A stretch of 64,000 nt of DNA. It comes from Spirochaetia bacterium. GTDB lineage: Bacteria; Spirochaetota; Spirochaetia; DSM-2461. Every line of letters begins with the position of its first letter. Position 1 is the stretch's first letter. Below the pieces are notes generated by a model. That model ran no database searches. It was not told the origin of the DNA and saw only the letters and a list, made by a program, of their open reading frames with translations. Shown piece by piece: positions 28,803 through 37,221 of the stretch. The position numbers and the translations under genes are program-made. The stretch spans positions 1,216,001 through 1,280,000 of the forward strand of contig OY764216.1 in assembly GCA_963668315.1 (NCBI GenBank), in the 5' to 3' direction.

Positions 28803-30102
28803 TTCCCCTATGAAAAATACTGAAGACGTAATCGTGGCCGGAGCTGGTCCGGCCGGAATAGCCGCCGCCCTGGCGGCAGCGAGAAAGGGGGCCGATGTGC
28901 TCCTGGTCGAATCATACGGCTTTGCCGGAGGAATGGCCACCCAAGCCGTAGTACCCGCCCTGTCCCCCTATTCGGACGGAGACACGGTACTTGTAAGGGG
29001 AATCGCCCTGGAAATCAGGAATGCCATGGTGGAACTCTGCCCGGAGCTGGAGGAGAATCTGAAAAACTGGCAGCCCGTTGATCCGGAAATCTTCAAAATC
29101 GTACTGGACCGCAAGCTGAAGGAGAGCGGCGTCAGAACTCTTTTTCACAGTCATATCACCGGTGTGGAGAGGGAGGGAGCCGAGATCCTGAACCTGAGAG
29201 TCTCCTCCCGGCTGGGGGAAAGAAAAATCACCGCCCGCCGCTATATTGACTGTACGGGAGATGCGTCCCTGGTTGCCTGGAGCGGAGGTGAATTTCTGCT
29301 TGGCGACGGGGAGAACCGGGTTCAGGCTCTGACACTCTGCTTCCGTCTGGCCAATGTGGACTTAGAAGCCTTCAGGGCTTACAAAGAGGAGAGCGGTGAT
29401 GGGGGAAATTTGCTCAAAGCGGTTGAAAGAGCCCGGGGTAAGGGGGATTTCCCCTTTTCCGAAAGCAAGGTCTGTGCCGCTATCATCCAGCGGGATGGAA
29501 CGGTCGGTATGAACTTCGGCCATTCCTACAATGTGAATCCCCTGGATCCGGAACAGCTTACCCGTGCCGAAATGGAATCGCGCCGACAGATCTATCCTCT
29601 TACGGAATTCATGAGAAGGTACGTTCCCGGATTTTCACGTGCCATTGTCATCTCATCCGGGCCAGTCATAGGAATACGTGAAACCCGGCGGATCGTGGGG
29701 GAATCCTGTATAACCGCGGAGGATTATCAGAACAGGGCCTATCCCTCCGATTCCATTGGAATCAGTAACTATCCTCTGGATGTTCACAGTTCCAATCCGG
29801 CACAGAGGGAGAAACAGGAGAACGCCTATCAGGCATCCCGGTACGGAAAGGGGGAGTTCTACGGGATCCCCTACAGGACCCTTTTGCCCAAGGGGTACGA
29901 CAACCTCATTGTGGCGGGTCGATCCCTTTCCTCGGACCGGTTGATTAATGGTTCCTGTCGGCTTATGAATACCTGCATGGCCATGGGACAAGCCGCTGGT
30001 ACGGCTGCCGTTTTGAGCTTGAAGGAAGATTGTGCTATGAGAGTTCTGGACCGAGGACTATTAGTTGCTACGCTCAGAGTGGACGGACAGTATCTACCGT
30101 GA
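28792..30102 (+). CDS. FAD-dependent oxidoreductase (PF12831-like)
   Basis: GAGPAG Rossmann motif, IDCTGDA, GIRETRRIVG, IPYRTLLP..NLIVAGR, MAMGQAAG. Confidence 0.9.
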   Translation: MKDNSPMKNTEDVIVAGAGPAGIAAALAAARKGADVLLVESYGFAGGMATQAVVPALSPYSDGDTVLVRGIALEIRNAMVELCPELEENLKNWQPVDPEIFKIVLDRKLKESGVRTLFHSHITGVEREGAEILNLRVSSRLGERKITARRYIDCTGDASLVAWSGGEFLLGDGENRVQALTLCFRLANVDLEAFRAYKEESGDGGNLLKAVERARGKGDFPFSESKVCAAIIQRDGTVGMNFGHSYNVNPLDPEQLTRAEMESRRQIYPLTEFMRRYVPGFSRAIVISSGPVIGIRETRRIVGESCITAEDYQNRAYPSDSIGISNYPLDVHSSNPAQREKQENAYQASRYGKGEFYGIPYRTLLPKGYDNLIVAGRSLSSDRLINGSCRLMNTCMAMGQAAGTAAVLSLKEDCAMRVLDRGLLVATLRVDGQYLP

Positions 30103-30107
30103 AGGCG

Positions 30108-30226
30108 TTCCGGTCGGACGTTTAGTTAATGAGGGCTGCCGGAAGGCGGCCTTTTTTGTTTATAACCTGTCCTATGGGGATCGAACCATACTGTACTAGA
30201 TGCGCAGCGCTGAAGAACATCGGCCC
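30108..30226 (+). repeat. tRNA-linked repeat, copy 2 (degenerate tRNA-Gly 3' end + terminator + inverted T-arm copy); att-like scar
   Basis: TTCCGGTCGGACGTTTAG resembles the tRNA end TTCCCATCGGACGCTTAAG and is followed by the same downstream blocks as copy 1. Confidence 0.75.
30132..30157 (+). terminator. Rho-independent terminator
   Basis: AGGGCTGCC-GGAA-GGCGGCCTT-TTTT. Confidence 0.8.
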
Positions 30227-30371
30227 CTGTCTGGAAACAGCATTCAGACGTCCTCGGGTTCTCGCCCTGGCCGCCGTTGGAATAAAACATCAGATTTGTC
30301 TCCATAAAAGGGGAAAATTGAGGTTTTTTGCGGAAAATTGAATATTTACAGGCACTTTTGGTGGAGGGATA

Positions 30372-31337
30372 ATGGATTATCAATTCCCAAGGAGCCCAAA
30401 AAAGGTGTCACAGAAGCATCATATTTCACTGTTGTCCCCAGGGACTGCTAAGAAGATAAGGAAGAGCCGATACCTCTATGCCATTCTTCTTCTTCCCTTT
30501 ATCTACTACATACTTTTTCACTATTTGCCCATTTACGGGGTTATCGTCGCCTTTAAGGATTACAATATCGTAAAGGGGATTCTCAAGAGCCCCTGGGTCG
30601 GCTTGAAATGGTTCGAAAAATTCGTAGCCGAACCCTACTTCTGGAAGGTGCTCAGGAATACTTTTCTCATGAGCATCTACAATATCCTGTGGGGGTTTCC
30701 CATCCCCATCCTTTTAGCGGTTCTCCTCAATGAGGTAAGGGAAGAGAAGTTCAAGAGGATTATTCAGTCCATCACCTATCTTCCCCATTTCATCTCCACC
30801 GTAGTCGTGTGCGGTATGCTGGTGAATCTCCTCTCTACGGAGGGGCTGTTCAATCAGGTGCGGGGCTTTTTCGGAGCCGATCCGGAACAGTTCCTCATGT
30901 ATCCCCAATATTTCCGGACTATTTACGTCTCCTCCGGAGTCTGGCAGACCGCCGGGTGGACGTCCATCATTTATCTGGCGGCCCTGACCGGCATAGACCA
31001 GGAGATTCTCGACGCGGCCACCATAGACGGGGCCAACCGGGTCCAGCGGATACGGCACGTGACTATCCCCGCCATCACCCCGGTCATCTCCACCATGCTC
31101 ATCATGAACCTGGGAAAGATGCTGAATCTGGGATACGAGAAGGTGCTGCTCCTCTATAACGGCTCCACTTACGAGACCGCCGATATCATATCGACCTATG
31201 TGTATCGCCGGGGAATCCTGGGGAACAGCTTCAGCTACGCCACGGCGGTGGGGCTTTTCCAGTCGGTCATCGGGGTGATCATACTGGTCATAGCCAACAA
31301 GGTTTCCAAGCGGATCAGCGAAACCGGTCTCTGGTAG
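30372..31337 (+). CDS. Carbohydrate ABC transporter permease (LplB-like)
   Basis: YLPHFISTV, EILDAATIDGANR. Confidence 0.93.
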   Translation: MDYQFPRSPKKVSQKHHISLLSPGTAKKIRKSRYLYAILLLPFIYYILFHYLPIYGVIVAFKDYNIVKGILKSPWVGLKWFEKFVAEPYFWKVLRNTFLMSIYNILWGFPIPILLAVLLNEVREEKFKRIIQSITYLPHFISTVVVCGMLVNLLSTEGLFNQVRGFFGADPEQFLMYPQYFRTIYVSSGVWQTAGWTSIIYLAALTGIDQEILDAATIDGANRVQRIRHVTIPAITPVISTMLIMNLGKMLNLGYEKVLLLYNGSTYETADIISTYVYRRGILGNSFSYATAVGLFQSVIGVIILVIANKVSKRISETGLW

Positions 31338-31350
31338 GAAGGATTTAAAC

Positions 31351-32214
31351 ATGAAAATTAAAACCAATACATTCGATCTGATTAATACGCTGGTGCTCGT
31401 TTTCTTCGGTTTTCTGACCCTGTACCCCATGTGGTACATCCTGGTTGTTTCCCTGAGCAGCGCCGAACACATTAACATGGGAAATGTTTCATTCTGGCCC
31501 CGGGGTTTCAATATCGATGCCTACAAGATCGTCTTTTCCAATGAGAAGATCTGGCGTTCCTACTTCAATACGGTCCTCTATACCACGGTGGGAACTTTCA
31601 TCAACGTGATCATGACCGCCCTGTGCGCCTATCCCCTTTCCCGGGACGATATGTACGGCAACAAGGGAATTACCATTTTTTTCACCCTTACCATGTTTGT
31701 TTCCGGCGGCATGATTCCCCTCTATCTGGTCATCATGAAACTGCACCTGATCAACACCATGTGGGCTATCGTCCTGCCCCCGGCCATAAGTACCTACAAC
31801 ATGATCGTCATGAGGGCCTCTTTTTACGGGATCCCCAAATCGCTCACCGAATCGGCCTATCTCGACGGGGCCAACGACATACGGATTCTCAGGCAGATCA
31901 TCATGCCCCTGTCCAAACCCATTCTGGCCACCATGACCCTTTTTTACGCCGTTTCCCACTGGAACAGCTTCTTTCCCCCCATGCTCTATCTTAATGAACA
32001 GGCCAAGTATCCCGTTCAGGTACTCATGAGGGACATCGTCATATCCGGTGACATGACAAGCGAATCGGGCGATATCGCCACCAATGTCAATATTCTGGCG
32101 ACGAACTACAAGTACGCCGTCATCATTATTTCAATTATCCCCATACTGGTCGTCTACCCTTACCTGCAGAAACATTTTACAAAGGGTGTTATGGTAGGCG
32201 CGGTCAAGGGTTAA
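31351..32214 (+). CDS. Carbohydrate ABC transporter permease (LplC-like)
   Basis: TMFVSGGMIPLY, SLTESAYLDGAND, YPYLQKHFTKGVMVGAVKG. Confidence 0.93.
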   Translation: MKIKTNTFDLINTLVLVFFGFLTLYPMWYILVVSLSSAEHINMGNVSFWPRGFNIDAYKIVFSNEKIWRSYFNTVLYTTVGTFINVIMTALCAYPLSRDDMYGNKGITIFFTLTMFVSGGMIPLYLVIMKLHLINTMWAIVLPPAISTYNMIVMRASFYGIPKSLTESAYLDGANDIRILRQIIMPLSKPILATMTLFYAVSHWNSFFPPMLYLNEQAKYPVQVLMRDIVISGDMTSESGDIATNVNILATNYKYAVIIISIIPILVVYPYLQKHFTKGVMVGAVKG

Positions 32215-32239
32215 TTTATATTTCCAGGAGGTTTTCTAA

Positions 32240-33850
32240 ATGAAAAGCAATTCAACCATGTTCAAATCGATTTTGTCCTTCGCTCTTGCCGCTCTTGTCG
32301 GCGCATCCCTTTTCGCCAACGGCGGAAATGAAAGGGCCGCCGGAGGGGACGGGGAGTTCGACCCCGCGGGAAAACTGGTGGAGAAACCCACCACGGTCAG
32401 GGTGCTTCTTTCCGACGCGTCGGCCCAGCCTTTGAAAAATTACGCCCCCGCCCAGCAGGCCATTTTTGATAAAACCGGCGTCAAGCTGGATTACGAGATC
32501 GTCCCTTTCAGCAGCTACGACGACAAGAAGAACATCCTGCTGGCCACCAATAACTGGCCGGACATCGCCTATATCAAGGTGGAAGACGTGGCAACCTATG
32601 CTCCCACGGGAATTTTCCAGCCCCTCACCGATTATGTGAACGAGACGGATATGCCCAACTTCTACAAGTTCTGGCAGCAGTATCCTGACATGAAGAAGTA
32701 CTTGCTCGACGGTGAGCTCTACGTGCTTCCCGTGATTCAGCGGGAGGAGACGGCCAATGGTTTCGGTCCGGTAATCAGAACCGATCTTCTGGCCGAGAAC
32801 AATCTTCCCTCTCCCCAGTCCTTTGAAGAACTTCTGGACGTCCTGGGCGAGCTTAAGGATATCTATCCCGATTCCATCCCCTGGACCGGCAGAAAGGGAA
32901 CCCGTCAGCTCCTTAAGACAACCAGCTACATGCTCGGATCCGGTTATGGTCAGGTGGGCCTTTACTACGACTACGATAAGGGCGGCTATGTTTTCGGTCC
33001 GGCCAGCGACGAGTTCAAGGCGGTCCTCTCCTATCTGAACGAGGCCTATGAAAGGGGAATTCTGGACAGAGACTTCGCCACCACCACCAGCGAGCAGCTG
33101 GAATCCAAAATGTCCAGCGGACGCTCCTTCTTCTATCTGGATAACAGCGGTTTCGGCGTGAACTACACCAAATCCCTGAGAAAAATCGAGGGAAATGAGG
33201 CCGCGGTTCTTCAGATTCTTCCCATTCCGGAGAACAGCTTCGGACAGAGACGGGCCATCAGCTACTCCAAAGAACTGCCCGGCCGTTTCTACGCGGTCAA
33301 CGCGGGCAGCAAGAAGATCGACACGATAATCAAGCTGGCCGACTGGATGTACGGCAGGGAAGGCTCGGACATCACCAATTACGGGGTGGAAGGATACAGC
33401 TTTGAGTATAACGATGCCGGAGAGCCCCAGTTCAAGATGGACTATGTGGAGAAATTCCGGGATGCCTCTCCCTCCTCCTACTACGCCATCTACTCCGACC
33501 TGGGTATCACCAAGCTGAATTTCTCCCTCTACGCCTGCAACACCAAGACCTGGTTCGAGATTGAGAAGATGCTGGGCAACTGGGACGATATTTCCGATGA
33601 ATACTGGAATATCGTTTCCCACGATAATGCCTATAAGTCACCCGTGATCGATCCCTCTCTGACCGTGGAAGAGAGTGAGAAGACCGCCGATATCCTCCTG
33701 GAGCTGAACACCATGCTGGAGCAGGAGTACAACCAGTACATCATGGGAATAAAGCCCATAGGCGATTGGGATAGTGTTATCAAAAGATGTGAAGAAATCG
33801 GCGTGAGAGAACTGGAAAAAATCTATAATGACGCCAATAATAGGCTGTAA
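32240..33850 (+). CDS. Carbohydrate ABC substrate-binding protein
   Basis: FANG signal peptide, IRTDLL..NNL..P.S.EEL, YGVEG. Confidence 0.9.
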   Translation: MKSNSTMFKSILSFALAALVGASLFANGGNERAAGGDGEFDPAGKLVEKPTTVRVLLSDASAQPLKNYAPAQQAIFDKTGVKLDYEIVPFSSYDDKKNILLATNNWPDIAYIKVEDVATYAPTGIFQPLTDYVNETDMPNFYKFWQQYPDMKKYLLDGELYVLPVIQREETANGFGPVIRTDLLAENNLPSPQSFEELLDVLGELKDIYPDSIPWTGRKGTRQLLKTTSYMLGSGYGQVGLYYDYDKGGYVFGPASDEFKAVLSYLNEAYERGILDRDFATTTSEQLESKMSSGRSFFYLDNSGFGVNYTKSLRKIEGNEAAVLQILPIPENSFGQRRAISYSKELPGRFYAVNAGSKKIDTIIKLADWMYGREGSDITNYGVEGYSFEYNDAGEPQFKMDYVEKFRDASPSSYYAIYSDLGITKLNFSLYACNTKTWFEIEKMLGNWDDISDEYWNIVSHDNAYKSPVIDPSLTVEESEKTADILLELNTMLEQEYNQYIMGIKPIGDWDSVIKRCEEIGVRELEKIYNDANNRL

Positions 33851-33866
33851 TCTTTCCTGTTAAGGG

Positions 33867-33901
33867 AGCCGGTCTTCCCTTTGGGAGGGGGACCGGTTTT
33901 T
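33867..33901 (+). terminator. Rho-independent terminator
   Basis: AGCCGGTCTTCCC...GGGGGACCGGTT followed by Ts. Confidence 0.7.
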
Positions 33902-33928
33902 GATTGATTAAGAAAGGGGTGAATTGAT

Positions 33929-36187
33929 ATGACAGAGGAGAGACAGAATCGCCGGACTCAGAGCTTTTTCTGGATGATTGTGCGCGGATTCCTTCTGGTA
34001 TTCGGTTTTGCCGGGCTTTTCGTCATCGGTACGGGAATTTCCACCTACATCGATTCGAAGAACCGTTTTCTTGAGCAGAACCAGAGTCAGCTCGATACCC
34101 TTTCCTCTACTTTGACCATGCAGATCCACATGGCCTTTGAGGACGGCATCGCTTTTTTCCAGGAGCCGGAAACGATTATTTATCATAAGCCGGAAAATCA
34201 GCGCTCCCCCATGGATCACAGCGAGCTGTGGCGCATCGTGGGGCTTATCTGCCGATCGGAAAGCACCCTCTCGCCCCTGGTAATGAATGAGTTCTCCTTC
34301 TACGAGGGTGATGCGAATGTGGTAGCCGGAGCAGGAACCTACGAAAAGGAGTTTTTCTTTTCCCAGATATGCCGCTACGAGGATTATAATCGTGACTTCT
34401 GGGAGTCGAACTTCACCGTCCCGGGCCGTTATGTCCTGCCGGAAACGGCCGTTCACGGGAAATCCGGTAATAAGCGGGTTCTGCCTCTGGTAACAGTCAT
34501 AAAAAGATTCGGCAGCAAGGCCTTTTATGTCAGTAATATTTCCATTGACTACCTGGACCAGATTATCAAGTCGAGTAATGCGTATCTGGATCAGTATTAC
34601 ATATACGATGAAAATCAGAATCTTCTGATAAAGAGCCGGGGAGCGGAAAATGAAGACATTATCAATGCCGATTATCAGGATGACATGCATAAGGAGAAAG
34701 GCTTTGTCGTCTTCAGGTCCTGTGATGATCTTTCGGGTTGGACATTTTGCGGCCTCCTGACAGGGAAAAACTATCTGTCCGTTTTCAGACACATCCTGAG
34801 TCTGGGGATACTTCTTATCCTATTGATGTTCTCCGGGGAGATCATAATTATTTATTATCTTTCCCACCGAGTTTACAGTCCCATCAAGGATATGAAGAGT
34901 ATTCTGCCAGGATCGAAATATCCACATAAGAGGGATGAAATAGATTATATCAAGGAGGGGATCAAAGAACTGGTCGTCAAAGACAGCGTTCATCTTAAGA
35001 AAGAGAAGACCCTCGAGCGTAATTCCTACATTCAATCTCTTATTCTTCTTCTGAACGGTATCGATATGCCGGAAAGAGTGGGTTCCATAGGGAGATTTCT
35101 GTCGGAGGAATTCCATTTTTCCCACTCTTCCTTTGTGTGTGCCACTGTTATGATTCAGGAAGCTCGGGCAAACCGGAGAATGGATAGGGAGACTCTTCTG
35201 GACAATATCAGCTATGAGGGGGGATTCATTGTCATCTCCCTGAGTCCGCAGTTGTTCGAGATCATTTATTCTGTATCCGGGAATCTCGAAACCCTGGATG
35301 AGATTGAGGAGAGTTTGAATCCTCTGCAGGATTTTCCGCCCGTTGCCAAAGGGGATATCCGTGTTTCCATAGGGATTGGAGCGGCCGTTACTCCTTTGGA
35401 AAAAATCGCCCTTTCCCATAAACAGGCTGCGACGGCCCTTCCTCTGCTGAGGAAGGAATCCCCCTTTTCTGTCCGATGCTATGAGGATCTGCCGCCTAAC
35501 AGAAAAGTGTCTTTTTCCTTCTATGACCAGAAAGGTATTCTTAATAATATTGAGACGGGAAGGGTGGGGCTATTGGAAAGTTTTCTCTCCACCTTGATAG
35601 AAAAAAACGAAAAACAGGGGATTGAGAGCGATCAAATGGCCGAGCTCTACAGGCAGATACTTTTTATCGGCAGAAGGGCTCTTGAGGAACACGGGATGAA
35701 GACTGATGAGATCGCCCTATATGGATATATCTACGATGAACTGATCGATGCCCCTGACATTCTCTCCTTGCGCATCCTGTCGGTTCAAGTCATGGAATGC
35801 CTTCTGGAGATACAGAAGCTTTGCTGTATAGGGGATAAGGATGTATCCGGCGGGCGAGTGGATGATATCCGTGATTTTGTCGAGGAGCATTATGGCGAAC
35901 CTCTCAGCCTGGATTCCATCGCCGATCATTTCCATATCACGCCGAAATATTTATCCCGGATATTTAAAGAGAACTCCGGTATAAAACTATCCGATTATCT
36001 TTCTCATATCCGCATAGAGAAGGCCAAAGAGCTGCTCTCAAATTCCAATTGCCGGATAGGAGAAATCGCCAATCAGGTAGGAATAGATAACCATGCCACA
36101 TTTTTGAGGTTGTTTCATAAATACGAGGGTGTGTCGCCTAAGGATTACAGAAACTGCCATCTACAGAAACAGGAGATTTTACAATGA
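33929..36187 (+). CDS. Membrane-anchored AraC-family regulator
   Basis: Two TM segments. C-terminal YLSRIFKE..RIEKAKELL..FLRLFHKYEGVSPKDYR. Confidence 0.9.
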   Translation: MTEERQNRRTQSFFWMIVRGFLLVFGFAGLFVIGTGISTYIDSKNRFLEQNQSQLDTLSSTLTMQIHMAFEDGIAFFQEPETIIYHKPENQRSPMDHSELWRIVGLICRSESTLSPLVMNEFSFYEGDANVVAGAGTYEKEFFFSQICRYEDYNRDFWESNFTVPGRYVLPETAVHGKSGNKRVLPLVTVIKRFGSKAFYVSNISIDYLDQIIKSSNAYLDQYYIYDENQNLLIKSRGAENEDIINADYQDDMHKEKGFVVFRSCDDLSGWTFCGLLTGKNYLSVFRHILSLGILLILLMFSGEIIIIYYLSHRVYSPIKDMKSILPGSKYPHKRDEIDYIKEGIKELVVKDSVHLKKEKTLERNSYIQSLILLLNGIDMPERVGSIGRFLSEEFHFSHSSFVCATVMIQEARANRRMDRETLLDNISYEGGFIVISLSPQLFEIIYSVSGNLETLDEIEESLNPLQDFPPVAKGDIRVSIGIGAAVTPLEKIALSHKQAATALPLLRKESPFSVRCYEDLPPNRKVSFSFYDQKGILNNIETGRVGLLESFLSTLIEKNEKQGIESDQMAELYRQILFIGRRALEEHGMKTDEIALYGYIYDELIDAPDILSLRILSVQVMECLLEIQKLCCIGDKDVSGGRVDDIRDFVEEHYGEPLSLDSIADHFHITPKYLSRIFKENSGIKLSDYLSHIRIEKAKELLSNSNCRIGEIANQVGIDNHATFLRLFHKYEGVSPKDYRNCHLQKQEILQ

Positions 36188-37221
36188 AGATTTTATCAGC
36201 TGAGAAAGAATATATCGTACCCTTTGACAAGCGCCCGACTGACAGTGCCCACGCATCGACGCTGCTGCCCGTAAAAAAGGATTCCCTTCTGGCCGCATGG
36301 TTCGGCGGCAGCTGGGAAAAGGACTGCAATGTGAGCATATGGATGAGTAAGCGTGATGAGAACGGGGTGTGGGACTATCCTTATGTTGCCGCGGACGTCA
36401 GGAACATTGCGCTGTGGAACCCCGTCCTCTTTCGCTGTCCCGATAATTCCATACTGCTTTTTTATAAAGTAGGGGCTAAAATCGAGCATTGGGAGACCTA
36501 TGCCATTCGGTCTACCGACGAAGGAGACTCCTGGTCCGAACCCTTTGAGCTGGTAGAAGGAGACGGTATCGGAGGCCGGGGGCCCGTTAAGAATAAGCCC
36601 ATCCTCCTCTCTGACGGTATGACTATACTGGCGCCGGCCTCCCTTGAAGGAGAGAGCTGGGATTGCTTTGCCGATATATCCCGGGACAACGGCGAAACCT
36701 GGGAAATGAGTTCTATGGTTCCTGTCAGGCATAGCGGATACAATATCCAGATGGTGGATCAGCCGTACGAAAAGCATCGGTGCTGGGGCAAGGGAATCAT
36801 TCAGCCCACCCTGTGGGAGGACTGTGATGGAGATATTCATATGCTTTGCAGGAGTACGTCGTCAGCTCTTTTCAGAAGTGATTCCCATGATAAGGGAGCT
36901 ACCTGGTGTACGGCTTACGACTCGGGGCTGCCAAATAATAACAGCGGTATAGATCTGGTTCGCATGCCCGACGGGACTCTGGTTCTGGCGTATAATCCGG
37001 TCAATAATCTTCCCAATTACTATAAAGGTCCCAGAACCCCCCTTGTTCTGGACTATTCTGAGGATAACGGACTGACATGGAAGAGTCTGAAAGTTCTGGA
37101 AGACGGCCCGGGGGATTACGCCTATCCCTCCATCGTCTGCCGGAATAATCATCTCCTGGAAGTCTGCTATACGCAGAAGCGGGAGCAGATCTGCTACTGG
37201 AGAATCAGCCTTGAGCGTTAG
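36184..37221 (+). CDS. BNR/Asp-box sialidase-like beta-propeller hydrolase
   Basis: Four Asp boxes (STDEGDSW, SRDNGETW, SHDKGATW, SEDNGLTW), AHASTL, RTPL, YAYPS. Confidence 0.85.
   Translation: MKILSAEKEYIVPFDKRPTDSAHASTLLPVKKDSLLAAWFGGSWEKDCNVSIWMSKRDENGVWDYPYVAADVRNIALWNPVLFRCPDNSILLFYKVGAKIEHWETYAIRSTDEGDSWSEPFELVEGDGIGGRGPVKNKPILLSDGMTILAPASLEGESWDCFADISRDNGETWEMSSMVPVRHSGYNIQMVDQPYEKHRCWGKGIIQPTLWEDCDGDIHMLCRSTSSALFRSDSHDKGATWCTAYDSGLPNNNSGIDLVRMPDGTLVLAYNPVNNLPNYYKGPRTPLVLDYSEDNGLTWKSLKVLEDGPGDYAYPSIVCRNNHLLEVCYTQKREQICYWRISLER

Noticed and set aside
30108..30190. Possible second tRNA gene (GGTTCGATCCCC on the minus strand)
   Set aside because: Only a T-arm-like fragment is present and I could not build a cloverleaf. 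Treated as part of the repeat.
32252..33622. Long antisense or alternative-frame ORFs (e.g. 32252-33622, 22469-23689, 1948-3165, 11472-12524, 44524-45561)
   Set aside because: These are shadow ORFs of GC-rich genes, with no recognisable motifs and complete overlap with well-supported CDSs.
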